This document shows, one piece after another, positions 18,795-28,885 of a DNA stretch of 64,000 nucleotides. The notes under the pieces were generated by a model. It did no database searches. It was not told where the DNA came from and was given only the letters and a program-made list of their open reading frames with translations. A program made the translations under genes and the position numbers. Origin of the DNA: Chloroflexia bacterium (GTDB lineage Bacteria; Chloroflexota; Chloroflexia; QHBQ01; JAICKM01); assembly GCA_038228295.1 (NCBI GenBank), contig JBBRPH010000001.1, positions 129,205 to 193,204 of the forward strand, in the 5' to 3' direction. How positions within the stretch are numbered: position 1 is the stretch's first letter; each line of letters opens with the position of its first letter.

Positions 18795-19235
18795 ATGACC
18801 GAATGTATCTTTTGCCGCGTAGGGCGCGGCGAGTTTGGCACCGAGTTTTTGCACGAGGATGAGTTTGTCGTCGCTTTCCGCGACATCCACCCGGCTGCGC
18901 CGGTCCATGTGCTGGTAATCCCGCGCCAACACGTCACCGCCGTCTGGGAACTGGACCAGTCACACGGCTTCATGCTGGCGCGGATGTTTGTCGCGGCCAA
19001 TGAAGCCGCCCGTAAGACGGGAGTGGACGAAAGTGGCTTCCGCTTAGTGATCAATTCGGGGCGTGATGCCGGCCAAAGCGTAGATCACCTGCATATGCAC
19101 TTGCTAGGCGGTGAGCGCATGGGCTGGCCGCCTTTCCCGCCGAAGCCGGCGGTGAACGATGGATCACATGAGCCAAGCGCTGTGTCACCTGTGGCCGATG
19201 CCGCACCGCAGGCAGTGCATTCAGGGGAGGAGTAA
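18795..19235 (+). CDS. HIT-family (histidine triad) hydrolase
   Basis: HxHxHLL triad (HLHMHLLGG); AAGGAGA RBS before ATG at 18795 (ORF-track start 18618 rejected). Confidence 0.85.
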   Translation: MTECIFCRVGRGEFGTEFLHEDEFVVAFRDIHPAAPVHVLVIPRQHVTAVWELDQSHGFMLARMFVAANEAARKTGVDESGFRLVINSGRDAGQSVDHLHMHLLGGERMGWPPFPPKPAVNDGSHEPSAVSPVADAAPQAVHSGEE

Positions 19236-19261
19236 TCGCTAGGGAAAGCGCTGTGCGGTGA

Positions 19262-20404
19262 TCAGTCTACTCCCCGCTGGCGCTCGCGATCTTTGGCCGC
19301 GCTGAAAGCATTAACAAACTGATCAACCGGCTCCAGCTTTTTGGCGTTCCAGCCGGTCACGCTGATTACGATCAGCGGGCGACCGCCCACCGAGAGAAAC
19401 AGGCTGCGCTTGACCCAGAAAAAGTAGCCGGCGAGGGTGAAGAGGCCCAGCGCGAGCAGCGGAATAGCGATCAGCAAGGGGTTAGCCTGCAGCAACTCAC
19501 CGAGTTGCCAAGTGATGCCCGGCTGGGTGAGGCCCACATAGGCGGCGGCAGCCCCTGCGCCCAGGCTCACCAACCCGATCAGAAACATCCAGCCGCCGGA
19601 GCGTTCCGTGACCGTACCGACGGCATCTATGTCGTGCAGGAAGGCCGCGCGCAAGATCGTCGGGGCATAGAGGATCGCACGGCGGGTGGTCAGGTACAGC
19701 GCGCCCAACTGTAGCAGCACCTCTTCGCCCGGCAGCAACACCAACGCGCCGGTAGGCGGCGGTTTGACCGCCACTGTAGGCACGGAGGTCGCCACGGCCG
19801 GCGCGACAGCAGGCGGATCGGGAACCGCGACCACGGCGGCAGGAGGGACGATGGGGGCCGGCGGGTCGGCCGGCGGCGGCGCGGTCATTGCGACCGGCGG
19901 CAGGGGCGCATCGGGCACCCACGGGCGGCGTGGCGGCACCAGAGTGGCCGGTTCGACGGGCGCCGGCACAAAGGTCGGTAGGTCAATGGGTGGCACCAGA
20001 GTCGGCACATTCGGCCCTGGTTCGCTCACAAGCGCGCTGGGGATCGGCTCGGTCGGCAGCAGGGTAGTGGCAACCGGCCGGCCGGCCGGCCGCACCGGCA
20101 GTGGACCGTCGCTGCTACCGTTCAGCGGCGGGCGGAACGGGCTATCCATGTCCAGCCGTGCCCGCTCGGTGGCGCCGGCCTCGGCGGCATTTAGGGTCGG
20201 TCCCGTACTGTATTCTCGTGTCTCTAATCCGCCGCTGGGTTCGCCGTCGCCTATACGCGGCTCCTCATTTGCATTGACCACCATGCGTGTCGTGCCCTCT
20301 CTGGATAAATTTGTGCAGTCGGCTACTCCGGCATTATACCCGTCGCTTCCCGGCAGTGTCAACCGCATACGGAATGCGGAATAGCGACCACCCTCCGTCA
20401 CCAT
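19262..20404 (-). CDS. Pro-rich membrane protein, possible bacterial PH-like C-terminal domain
   Basis: long PxxP-rich region, two TM helices; start uncertain (alternative Met at 20284). Confidence 0.45.
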   Translation of the reverse strand: MVTEGGRYSAFRMRLTLPGSDGYNAGVADCTNLSREGTTRMVVNANEEPRIGDGEPSGGLETREYSTGPTLNAAEAGATERARLDMDSPFRPPLNGSSDGPLPVRPAGRPVATTLLPTEPIPSALVSEPGPNVPTLVPPIDLPTFVPAPVEPATLVPPRRPWVPDAPLPPVAMTAPPPADPPAPIVPPAAVVAVPDPPAVAPAVATSVPTVAVKPPPTGALVLLPGEEVLLQLGALYLTTRRAILYAPTILRAAFLHDIDAVGTVTERSGGWMFLIGLVSLGAGAAAAYVGLTQPGITWQLGELLQANPLLIAIPLLALGLFTLAGYFFWVKRSLFLSVGGRPLIVISVTGWNAKKLEPVDQFVNAFSAAKDRERQRGVD

Positions 20405-20430
20405 TCCGCATTCCAGCGTTACCAGTTAGC

Positions 20431-21042
20431 GTTACCAGCCGTAGCGCTCCTCGTGCCATGGGTCGCCGCGCATATGGTAGCCGGCCTCTTCCCAGAAGCC
20501 GGGCGCGTCTTCGCCATAAACTCCAGGCCGCGTATCCACTTGGCGCTTTTCCAGAAGTAGAGATGGGGCACGACCAGACGCAACGGCCAGCCGTGTTCCA
20601 GTTCCAACTCGTGCCCTTCGGCTTTATCGGCAAAGATCACATCGTCGCGCAGCAAGTCTTCGATGGGCAGGTTGGTAGTGAAGCCGTTTTCGGCGTGGAT
20701 CATCACGAACTTCGCGTCAGGTTTCAGCTTAACGTGTTTCATCACTTCTAGGAACGGCACGCCCTCAAAGTTGAGATCGAAGCGCGTCCAGCGCGTCACG
20801 CAACTGATGTCGCGCGTCAGCGTGATTTTGGGCATCATTTGGAATTGTTCCCAGTTCCAGCTAACCGGCTGCTCAACTAAGCCCCAGATGCGAAAGTTCC
20901 AATCTTCCAGCCGGCGATGCGGCACCGGCCCGTAGTGCAAGACGGGCCATTTCTCGGTCAGCGTCTGACCCGGCGGCAGGCGCTGCTTCAGTTCGTCGGG
21001 GTTGTAACGGCTTTTCGGCCCGCGCCCGAACAGGTCAAACAT
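20431..21042 (-). CDS. Sulfite-oxidase-like molybdopterin oxidoreductase (MsrP/YedY-like catalytic domain), apparent 1-nt frameshift near 20505-20512
   Basis: conserved [16 protein letters not shown] in ORF frame; canonical C-terminus [26 protein letters not shown] is in a different frame ending at TAA 20431-20433. Confidence 0.7.
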
Positions 21043-21065
21043 GGTAGCCTCCCAGATGTTAATGC

Positions 21066-22430
21066 CTAATGTCGCGTCGGTACGGGCTGTAAGTCGGGAT
21101 TGTCGCAGGCGTGTCGGCCGATCTTTGCCATGTCATACCAATCGCCGTTAATTCTCACCTTTACAACGTCGGCAGTGAAGTCGTTAGATGTACCATTGTA
21201 GCTGCTGTTTTCGAGCAGCGAGGAACCGACCCCATAGGCAGCCACCGGCACCGCCAGATCCTCAAACTTGCGGATCTTTTCCGGGGTGAAGCCGCCGGTG
21301 ACGACGATTTGCACATCACGACACCACTGCGCGGCGGGCGCGATCCACGCAGCGGGCAGATCCCAGGCGGTGTAGGCGTGATCGAGCGCTTCGCGCAGAA
21401 TAAAGACTAAACGCGGGTTTACGCCCATATCCAACGCTCTATCGCCTAGCGGCGGCACACTGCGGTCGCGCAAGGTGCCGCCGGTGTCGGCGCGCACGCC
21501 GGTCAGTTTGAACTTGCGTGCCTCCTCGGTCTGTCCGGCCTCGGTCAGGGCACGCCAACGGTCAAACAGCATCTGCATCACGCGCAGACTCGTGCCGACA
21601 CAATCGTTCTCATAATCCACCAAGACAATACGCGGCACCTGCGGCGGGCGGGTGGCGGCGAAAGCCAGCGCCGTCTCGGCGGTGTCGCCCAAGAAACAAG
21701 CGATAGCGGCATGGGCGATGGTGCCGCCGCCCGCGCCACCCCACCAGTCGCCTTGTGCGTCGGTAGAGATCGAGCCGCGATAGCCGCCCTGCGACTCCAA
21801 ATTGTAGCGTTGTACGGCGATATGGTAGGCGTAGCCGTCGGCAGCCTGGATCTCGTGTGCATCAAAGCGCGCCGGGAAGAACAGCACGTCTTTACCGCCC
21901 GCCGCTTTAAGCGTATTGTAGACATTGGTGGCGATGCGGGAGCCGCGCGTGAGGGTGCCCAGCGTGGGTGTTTCAAGCAATGCGAAATCACGGTAGCGCC
22001 CGCGCACACGGATTACCGGCGCAACCTGGCGCGGGTCGCCGCTGTAAGGCGCGAGGTTGCCGTCCTGCACGGCCTGCACCTCTAGTTGGCCCCAGGTGGA
22101 GACGAACTGATTGTCGGCAGCGAAATAGCCGGTGCAGAGTTCGAGCATCGCCAGCGCCTTGTCCACGCCGACCACGATAGAGTAGGGCGCACGGCGGGTG
22201 AACCACTGCATCTCGACTTCGATGTTGCCGATGTCCACATTCGCTAGGTCCACGCCGAGGTCGCGCAGGTCGGGATGCTGCCCGCCAAAGCGGTAGCCTT
22301 GCGCGGCCAGATCGGTCAGCACGCGCACAATGTTGTCGAAATACTTGTCTGAATACCAGCCGCGCTGCATTCGATCCACATCCAGTTTGAACACATCGGC
22401 GGGAATGCGCTTGCCGTCAAATAGGCTCAT
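21066..22430 (-). CDS. Nicotinate phosphoribosyltransferase-family (type II PRTase) enzyme
   Basis: C-terminal TGGFTPEKI...AYGVGSSL resembles NAPRTase/NamPRT signature; length 454 aa. Confidence 0.65.
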   Translation of the reverse strand: MSLFDGKRIPADVFKLDVDRMQRGWYSDKYFDNIVRVLTDLAAQGYRFGGQHPDLRDLGVDLANVDIGNIEVEMQWFTRRAPYSIVVGVDKALAMLELCTGYFAADNQFVSTWGQLEVQAVQDGNLAPYSGDPRQVAPVIRVRGRYRDFALLETPTLGTLTRGSRIATNVYNTLKAAGGKDVLFFPARFDAHEIQAADGYAYHIAVQRYNLESQGGYRGSISTDAQGDWWGGAGGGTIAHAAIACFLGDTAETALAFAATRPPQVPRIVLVDYENDCVGTSLRVMQMLFDRWRALTEAGQTEEARKFKLTGVRADTGGTLRDRSVPPLGDRALDMGVNPRLVFILREALDHAYTAWDLPAAWIAPAAQWCRDVQIVVTGGFTPEKIRKFEDLAVPVAAYGVGSSLLENSSYNGTSNDFTADVVKVRINGDWYDMAKIGRHACDNPDLQPVPTRH

Positions 22431-22597
22431 ACGATACTGTCCTCTCTAGGGGGTTGTTGGGGTGTAGGGTAGCACACCCATAGGGTACCTGTCAAACGGC
22501 AACCGGGCTGCCCTGCGAAGCCGTAAGTGACCCAAAAGATAGGCAGAGCGGCAGGGCTTTCTGTCAGGTCTTTATGCTTTTCTTATACTGCGCCCTC

Positions 22598-22626
22598 TTG
22601 ACAGCCGCAGGAGTTGGTTGTACTAT
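22598..22626 (+). promoter_or_regulatory. Sigma70-like promoter (TTGACA-17-TACTAT) for ABC exporter operon
   Basis: consensus -35 at 22598-22603, -10 at 22621-22626, 37 nt upstream of ATG. Confidence 0.5.
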
Positions 22627-22662
22627 TGTGTTATATTATTGCGACAATCAGGAGGTAATGAG

Positions 22663-23598
22663 ATGGCAACGCAAGCGGCCATTGCCGCACAAGGGTTGGG
22701 CAAGCTGTTTGATGGGCGGCCTGCTGTTGAGGATGTAGATCTGGCGATTGCCCCCGGTGAAGTATTCGGCTTTCTGGGGCCCAATGGCGCGGGCAAGACG
22801 ACCACAATGCGCATGTTGGCGGCGCTGATTGCCCCCAGCAGCGGCGAAGCCTGGATTGATGGGCTGGCCGTGGGCGAGGACGACGACGCGATCCGTCGCC
22901 GGGTCGGGCTACTAACCGAAAGCCCCGGCCTCTACGAAAGTCTGAGCGCAGAGGCCAATCTGCGCTTCTTTGGGCGCCTCTACGGCTTGAGCGATGCCAC
23001 GCTAAGTACGGCGCTGGAACGTTACTTGCGGCGCTTTGACCTATGGGAACGCCGCGCCGATCGCGTGGGCGGCTTCTCTAAAGGGATGAAGCAGAAGGTC
23101 GCCTTGATCCGGGCGCTCTTGCACCGACCCGCCGTGGTCTTTCTGGATGAGCCGACCGCCGGGCTGGACCCGGAGAGCGCACAGGTAGTCCACGAGTTCA
23201 TCCGCGAGATCCAGAGTGAGGGGCGAACGATCTTCCTCTGCACACACAACCTAGACGAGGCCGAGCGGTTATGTGATCGCGTAGCAATCTTCCGCCGCCG
23301 CATCATCCGTCTAGGCAGCCCCACCGAATTGCGCCGTAGCCTGTTTGCGCGGCAAATGGAAGTGATTGTGGCCGACCCGACCCAGGTCGCACACCTAGCA
23401 ACGGTCGCCGGCGCGGTGCCCGGCTGCATTGAGGCACGTGCCGACGGGCCGGGCCGCCTGATCGTCGGCCTGCCTGATCCCGACGCACAGACCCCCGCCC
23501 TGGTGGCGGCGCTGGTCGGGGCGGGAGCCGCCATTCGCCGCGTGGCCGAAGTGGAACATTCGCTGGAAAGTGCGTATCTGGAGTTAATACAACAATGA
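22663..23598 (+). CDS. ABC transporter ATP-binding protein
   Basis: Walker A GPNGAGKTT, signature LSGGMKQK-like (FSKGMKQK), Walker B VVFLDEPT. Confidence 0.9.
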   Translation: MATQAAIAAQGLGKLFDGRPAVEDVDLAIAPGEVFGFLGPNGAGKTTTMRMLAALIAPSSGEAWIDGLAVGEDDDAIRRRVGLLTESPGLYESLSAEANLRFFGRLYGLSDATLSTALERYLRRFDLWERRADRVGGFSKGMKQKVALIRALLHRPAVVFLDEPTAGLDPESAQVVHEFIREIQSEGRTIFLCTHNLDEAERLCDRVAIFRRRIIRLGSPTELRRSLFARQMEVIVADPTQVAHLATVAGAVPGCIEARADGPGRLIVGLPDPDAQTPALVAALVGAGAAIRRVAEVEHSLESAYLELIQQ

Positions 23599-24419
23599 AT
23601 CTCTCACTAAACCCCATTTGGATCTTGATGCAAAAGGAAGTAGCGACTAGTCTACGTTCACGCATGGCGCTGGCGACCCTAGTCATCACTACCCTAGTGT
23701 TCATCGGCATCCCTATCGGCCTGATTGTCGGGACCAACCTGCTGCCGGGCGCCGGCCTCACCAAAGGGCGCGGGATTGACGATACCACCTTGCAATCGCT
23801 GCTGCTAGCCTACCCATCGCTGGCCGGATTGCCCAAAAACCAGGTCGTGCAGGGGCTGGTCGTCTCCGGAATGCAGCCGCTATTTCTGCTGATCCCGCTG
23901 CTGACGCCCCTGACGCTGGCAATCTACAGCATTATCGGTGAAAAGCAGACGCGCAGCCTAGAAGCTCTGCTAGCAACCCCTATCACTACACGCGACCTGC
24001 TGCTGGGTAAGTGTCTAGCGGCGGCCCTGCCCGGCGTAATCTCGGCCTGGGTCAGCTACGGCCTGTTTCTGGTGGTCGCGGTGGCGCTGGTGCCTCGGGC
24101 GATCTTCACCCAGCTTCTGCTGCAACCGGCCTGGCTGCTAGCGATGCTATTGATCGTGCCCGCCGCCGCAGCGCTGGCCGTGCTGGTCGGCCTGATCGTG
24201 TCGGCGCGGGCCAGCGACCCCCAGGCAGCCCAGCAAGTCGGCGGGCTGATCGTGCTGCCGGTGATCGGCTTGCTGCTGGGGCAAGTGACGGGCGTGGTCC
24301 GCCTGAGCGTCCCGATCACCCTACTCGCTGCGGCAGTTGTGCTCGCGCTCGATACGGGCCTGCTAACCGTGGCCGTGCGTCTGTTCGGCCGCGAAACGAT
24401 TCTCACCCGCTGGAAGTGA
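23595..24419 (+). CDS. ABC-2 family transporter permease
   Basis: 6 TM helices; 4-bp overlap with ATPase gene. Confidence 0.8.
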   Translation: MNLSLNPIWILMQKEVATSLRSRMALATLVITTLVFIGIPIGLIVGTNLLPGAGLTKGRGIDDTTLQSLLLAYPSLAGLPKNQVVQGLVVSGMQPLFLLIPLLTPLTLAIYSIIGEKQTRSLEALLATPITTRDLLLGKCLAAALPGVISAWVSYGLFLVVAVALVPRAIFTQLLLQPAWLLAMLLIVPAAAALAVLVGLIVSARASDPQAAQQVGGLIVLPVIGLLLGQVTGVVRLSVPITLLAAAVVLALDTGLLTVAVRLFGRETILTRWK

Positions 24420-25569
24420 CCAATTCGGCCAATCCGCTCTCCGCCCTGCCAAGTCCGCTCTCCGCTAACGCTACAGCCAGTGGCGCGTAGAGCGGGCGGT
24501 CACCGCCGGCGGTGGGGTAGCCGAACAACCCGGTGGGGCAATGTCGCTCGTCATCCCAGCCGGGGTAATCTACTACCGGGTAGAGGCAGATACCGTGCAG
24601 CGGCACCCCGGCGGCGCGGGCGGCCAACGCTTCGTCGGCCACATAGCGTAACCACGGCGCGCGGTCGTCACCCTCGGCCCCAGTCTCGGCAATAAACAGC
24701 GGGCGACCATAGCGACCGGCAACGCCGGCTAACATTTCGCGTAACGGGCGGTAACGGGGATCAGCGCGGGTTAGGCGTGGCCCATTCAACACCCACTGAT
24801 TGTCCGCATAGTAATTGACCCCGATAATGTCCAGGTACTTCGGGGCGCCGCCCAGGTCCGGTCGGTCAGCACCCACCAGCATATCCCAACTATGAAACTG
24901 GCCCAAGCGATGGTTTTCGGCGCTTTCGGCTTCGTAGGGTCGGTCAGGATCGCTGACAATGTGGATAATAGGATCGACATGGACAATGCGTGCGCGAGGA
25001 CTCACGGCCCAGACGGCATCAGTAGCAGCGATGGCCGCGCGCACCAGCCGGACCTTCAACTCCATGCCCCGCGCATTCTGAAACGGGTTCAGATAAGCCA
25101 CATCGCCCGCCGCCCAAGCCACGAAAGAGATTTCGTTCACCGGCGCTAGAAACGGCACTGCGGCACTCTCCGCCGCCAGCACGCGAGCAAACGCCTCGGC
25201 AAAGCGGGCGAAGCGATCCGCAAAGGCGGGCGTAAACAGGTCCAAATCGTCCGGCCAGCCATAATGCCACAGATCCCAGATCACGGTAATACCGGCCGCC
25301 CGTGCGGCGCGGATCATCGGCAGCGCGCTGCTCCAATCGTAGTGGCCTGGCGTGCGCTCGATCAGATGCCAGCGGATGCCGTCACGTACCGTGCGAATAC
25401 CGTGCGCCGCCAGCCGACGGTAGTCCTGCGCGGCCCAGCGGTCATGCTCCGTCGCGGCGATCAAGTCCAGGCGCCGTCCATCGCGCCGACGGTGGGTCGA
25501 ACACTCAAAGCCACCCAGTAGAAAACTGGGGAATAGTGGCGTGGCGGGCGCACGGTTAGCATTGGGCAT
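24403..25569 (-). CDS. Family-1 glycosylhydrolase-like TIM-barrel protein
   Basis: GGFECSTH...DGRRLDL N-terminal motif seen in actinobacterial GH1-like proteins; GAGGAGAAG RBS before Met at 25569. Confidence 0.55.
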   Translation of the reverse strand: MPNANRAPATPLFPSFLLGGFECSTHRRRDGRRLDLIAATEHDRWAAQDYRRLAAHGIRTVRDGIRWHLIERTPGHYDWSSALPMIRAARAAGITVIWDLWHYGWPDDLDLFTPAFADRFARFAEAFARVLAAESAAVPFLAPVNEISFVAWAAGDVAYLNPFQNARGMELKVRLVRAAIAATDAVWAVSPRARIVHVDPIIHIVSDPDRPYEAESAENHRLGQFHSWDMLVGADRPDLGGAPKYLDIIGVNYYADNQWVLNGPRLTRADPRYRPLREMLAGVAGRYGRPLFIAETGAEGDDRAPWLRYVADEALAARAAGVPLHGICLYPVVDYPGWDDERHCPTGLFGYPTAGGDRPLYAPLAVALAESGLGRAESGLAELVTSSG

Positions 25570-25691
25570 AACTTCTCCTCTGCAAGGGGTAATGCAGCTA
25601 GCGATTAAACAGGACACAATCTATTTGCGCTTGGCTGAGGCTTGCAGCATCGCAGAAGATCTCGCAGCGACCGCTTGCTATAGAGCAAGGG

Positions 25692-25707
25692 GCGGGCCGC
25701 GGCCCGC
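25692..25707. promoter_or_regulatory. Perfect 16-bp palindrome gcgggccgcggcccgc in divergent intergenic region
   Basis: exact self-complementarity; lies between divergently transcribed GH1-like and aminotransferase genes. Confidence 0.4.
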
Positions 25708-25853
25708 ATTATGTGCAACGTGACGCAGTGCAGGCTCTGTAGATTGTCGTGGCACAGCAAGCAGCGCCGGGGGCTGTAGCAGTGTAGTTTGCTACACCGG
25801 CGCGAGGTTGAAGAACCCCGCCGTTTATGCTAATCTGAACTGCACAGAAGCTA

Positions 25854-27095
25854 ATGGATCACCCGTTGTACGTTGCACGAAAGGCCAGTCCTATGCTCCC
25901 CACCACGCCCACTCCCGCCCTGACCACCGATCCAACCCGTTGGCCCGCGCATGACGATCTGTTGCGCTACCGGGCCGATTTTCCCATCTTTGAGCAGACC
26001 AACTATCTGAATTCTTGTTCACTGGGCGCACTATCGGTGCGCACAATGGCCGGCATCAACGAATATATGCGGCTATGGGGCAGTATGGGCGCGTCGGCCT
26101 GGTACGAACTGTGGATGGGCAAATTGGCCGAACTACGCCGCCAAATTGGGGCGCTGATCAACGCCGGGGAGGATGAGATCGCCATCGGACCCTCAATCTC
26201 GGCCGCGATTTCGGTGATCAGCTCGTGCCTGGATTACAGCAAGCGCCATAAAATCGTGACCACCGACCTGGATTTCCCCACCGTCGGCCACCAGTGGCTC
26301 GCCAAAGCGGGGCAGGGCGTGGAAGTCGTCTTTGTGCCGGCGCGCGACCGGGTGAGCGTGGACCTGGCGGCGTTTGAGGCCGCCATTGACGAGCAGACCG
26401 CGCTCGTCGTCACTTCACACGTCTTTTTCACCAGCGGCTATGTGCAAGACATCAAAGCCATCGCCGAGATCGCGCACCGTAAAGGCGCACTGGTGGTGAT
26501 TGACGCCTACCAGGGCACCGGCCAGATCCCGACCGATGTGCAAGACGCGGGAGTGGACTTTCTGTTGTCGGGCGGCCTCAAATGGCTACTAGGCGGCACC
26601 GGCATCGTCTTCACTTATGCCCGCCGCGATCTGCTACCGACCTTGCACCCGACCATCCCCGGCTGGTTTGGTGTCAAGAATATGTTCGGCTTCGACATCC
26701 ACGACGTGACCCCCGCCGCTAGCGCGCAACGGCTGGAGCAGGGCACGCACTCGATCTCCGCCGTCTACGCGCTGCTGGGTGGATTGTCCTATATCCACGA
26801 GATCGGCCCGCAACGGCTGCGCGAACGCACCCAGCACCTGACCGAAGACCTCATCGCGCGCGCCCTAGCTGCGGGTTTCACCCCGCGTGTAGCCCCCGAT
26901 CCGAGCCGGCGCTCCGGTATCGTGCTGCTGAACATGGACGACCCGGCCCCCGTCGTCGCCGCGCTGGCCGCCGCCGGCACCATCGTAGACAAACGGCCCG
27001 GCGCAGTGCGCGTCTCGCCTTACTTCTACAACCAGATCGCCGAAAACCAAGTGATCATTGATACGATGGTGCGCATTCGGGATGGACGCGGCTAA
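25854..27095 (+). CDS. Class V aminotransferase-fold PLP-dependent enzyme (kynureninase/cysteine-desulfurase-like)
   Basis: length, SGGLKWLLGG lysine motif (PLP-Lys), fold-type I architecture. Confidence 0.7.
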   Translation: MDHPLYVARKASPMLPTTPTPALTTDPTRWPAHDDLLRYRADFPIFEQTNYLNSCSLGALSVRTMAGINEYMRLWGSMGASAWYELWMGKLAELRRQIGALINAGEDEIAIGPSISAAISVISSCLDYSKRHKIVTTDLDFPTVGHQWLAKAGQGVEVVFVPARDRVSVDLAAFEAAIDEQTALVVTSHVFFTSGYVQDIKAIAEIAHRKGALVVIDAYQGTGQIPTDVQDAGVDFLLSGGLKWLLGGTGIVFTYARRDLLPTLHPTIPGWFGVKNMFGFDIHDVTPAASAQRLEQGTHSISAVYALLGGLSYIHEIGPQRLRERTQHLTEDLIARALAAGFTPRVAPDPSRRSGIVLLNMDDPAPVVAALAAAGTIVDKRPGAVRVSPYFYNQIAENQVIIDTMVRIRDGRG

Positions 27096-27140
27096 GGGTC
27101 CGCCCCGCACGTAAACAGGAGCGTTACAAGGAAGCGACCG

Positions 27141-28856
27141 ATGGCCTGGGCACCCACCTGTGAGCAAACACAAGCACAGAGCGAGTTGCGCTTCCAGTTG
27201 CTGCGCCTGACGCTGATCGGCACGGCGGTGGCGGCATTGGGGTGGCTACTAGGAGTGGCCGGGGGTCTCCTGCACAGCCCCACGGCGCCGTGGGACGGCA
27301 TCGCCGTGCTGACGCTGTGTGGCGGCTGCGCCTGGCTGATGCGGCGCGGCCAGTGGGGGCTGAGCCTGGCAGCGAGTTTCTATCTGGCGGGCATCACCCA
27401 GCCGGTGTGCCTGGCCGGGCAAGCGCTGGGCGTTGCCAGCCCGGTCAACGCGGCGTTCACGCTGGGCCTTGTACTCTGTGGGCTACTGATCGGCGGCTGG
27501 TTTCTGAGCAGTTGGACGCTGGGCTATTGTGCCTGGATGGGCGCGCTGGCCTGGGGCGAATTGCACGGCGCGTGGGGGCCGCCGGACGCGATCCATGATC
27601 CGGTGCAAATGCTGCGGCTGCTGATCGGATGGTGGGGGCTGCTGATCGCCACCGGCGGAGCCGTGTGGCTGTTCGCGCGCAACCTGGAACGATCCGCTAC
27701 TGTGGCCCAAGGCCAAACCGCAGCCCTGGCGGGCACACTAAACGCCATGACCACGGAGACGGATCTGGACCAATTGATGGGCCGCGTGATCGGCATCGTA
27801 GCGCAGCAACTCGGCGGCAAATGGGCCACCCTCTGGCTACACGATCCACCGGCCGATACGATGGCCGTGCATCTCACCTTTGGTGAAGGGCGCATCTACC
27901 ATCCAGCCGAGTTGCCGACGCCCGCTGCGCGCGGCGCCGTACCGGCCGTCGAGTTGCCGATCTGGGGTGAGGTGGCCGGCACCCGCCGCCCACTGGTGAT
28001 CACCGACATCGCCGGCGATCCGCGTATCAAGTTCAAGGCGGCCGCGCTGGCCGAAGGCTTGAAGACGGTGCTGTACCTGCCGTTGCTGTTGGGTGAAAGC
28101 GCGATTGGGATGTTGACCGTCAACAGTCAGGAGCGGAGACGCTACAGCCGGGCCGATCTGGACCTCGCCCAGGCACTGGTGCAGCAATTGACCCTGGCGA
28201 TCCAACTAGCCCGCCTGGGGCAAAGCGCCCGCGATGCGGCGGTGCTGGATGAGCGCAACCGGCTGGCTCGTGAAATCCATGACACGCTGGCGCAGGGCTT
28301 CACCGGCATCGTCGTGCAACTGGAAGCGGCGGAAGATATACTGGGCGACAACCCGACCGCCGCGCGCGCACACCTGGATCGCGCCCGCCTGCTGGCGCGA
28401 TCCAGCTTGACCGAAGCGCGCCGCTCGGTGCAGGCGTTGCGGCCCCAAGCGCTCGAAAGCGAGGATTTGGTTCACGCGCTGGCCCGCGCCGCCGACAATC
28501 TGACCGCCGGCACCCCGACGCACGCCGAAGTGCATATCTACGGCCCGCCCCGCCCCTTACCGCCGGATACCGAAAGCGCGCTGCTGCGGATCGGACAGGA
28601 AGCCTTAACGAATGCTTTACGCTATGCCGCCGCCGCGCACATCCGCTTGGGCCTGACCTTCCACCCCGCCGGCGTAGCACTGCAAGTGGAAGACGACGGG
28701 CAGGGCTTCGACCCGCGCGCCTGCACTCGCACTCCCGGCTTCGGCCTGATCGGGATGCGCGAACGCGCCGCACGCCTCGGCGGCACCCTGACCGTCACCA
28801 GCCGCCCCGGCGCGGGCACCACGATCCTCGCCGAGATGCCGACACGTGAAGTGTGA
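27141..28856 (+). CDS. Membrane sensor histidine kinase, GAF + HisKA_3 + HATPase_c
   Basis: N-terminal TM helices; ERNRLAREIHDTLAQ H-box (HisKA_3); G-boxes. Confidence 0.85.
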   Translation: MAWAPTCEQTQAQSELRFQLLRLTLIGTAVAALGWLLGVAGGLLHSPTAPWDGIAVLTLCGGCAWLMRRGQWGLSLAASFYLAGITQPVCLAGQALGVASPVNAAFTLGLVLCGLLIGGWFLSSWTLGYCAWMGALAWGELHGAWGPPDAIHDPVQMLRLLIGWWGLLIATGGAVWLFARNLERSATVAQGQTAALAGTLNAMTTETDLDQLMGRVIGIVAQQLGGKWATLWLHDPPADTMAVHLTFGEGRIYHPAELPTPAARGAVPAVELPIWGEVAGTRRPLVITDIAGDPRIKFKAAALAEGLKTVLYLPLLLGESAIGMLTVNSQERRRYSRADLDLAQALVQQLTLAIQLARLGQSARDAAVLDERNRLAREIHDTLAQGFTGIVVQLEAAEDILGDNPTAARAHLDRARLLARSSLTEARRSVQALRPQALESEDLVHALARAADNLTAGTPTHAEVHIYGPPRPLPPDTESALLRIGQEALTNALRYAAAAHIRLGLTFHPAGVALQVEDDGQGFDPRACTRTPGFGLIGMRERAARLGGTLTVTSRPGAGTTILAEMPTREV

Positions 28857-28885
28857 CACATAATCCGTAATCACGCTTCACGTGT
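28842..28885. terminator. Hairpin overlapping convergent stop codons (10-bp stem acacgtgaag/cttcacgtgt)
   Basis: inverted repeat spanning stop of 27141-28856 (+) and stop of 28885-30717 (-). Confidence 0.45.

Noticed and set aside
20419-20430. ORF-track stop at 20419 for the molybdoenzyme
   Set aside because: The conserved C-terminal motif lies in another frame ending at 20431. The 20419 end results from the frameshift.
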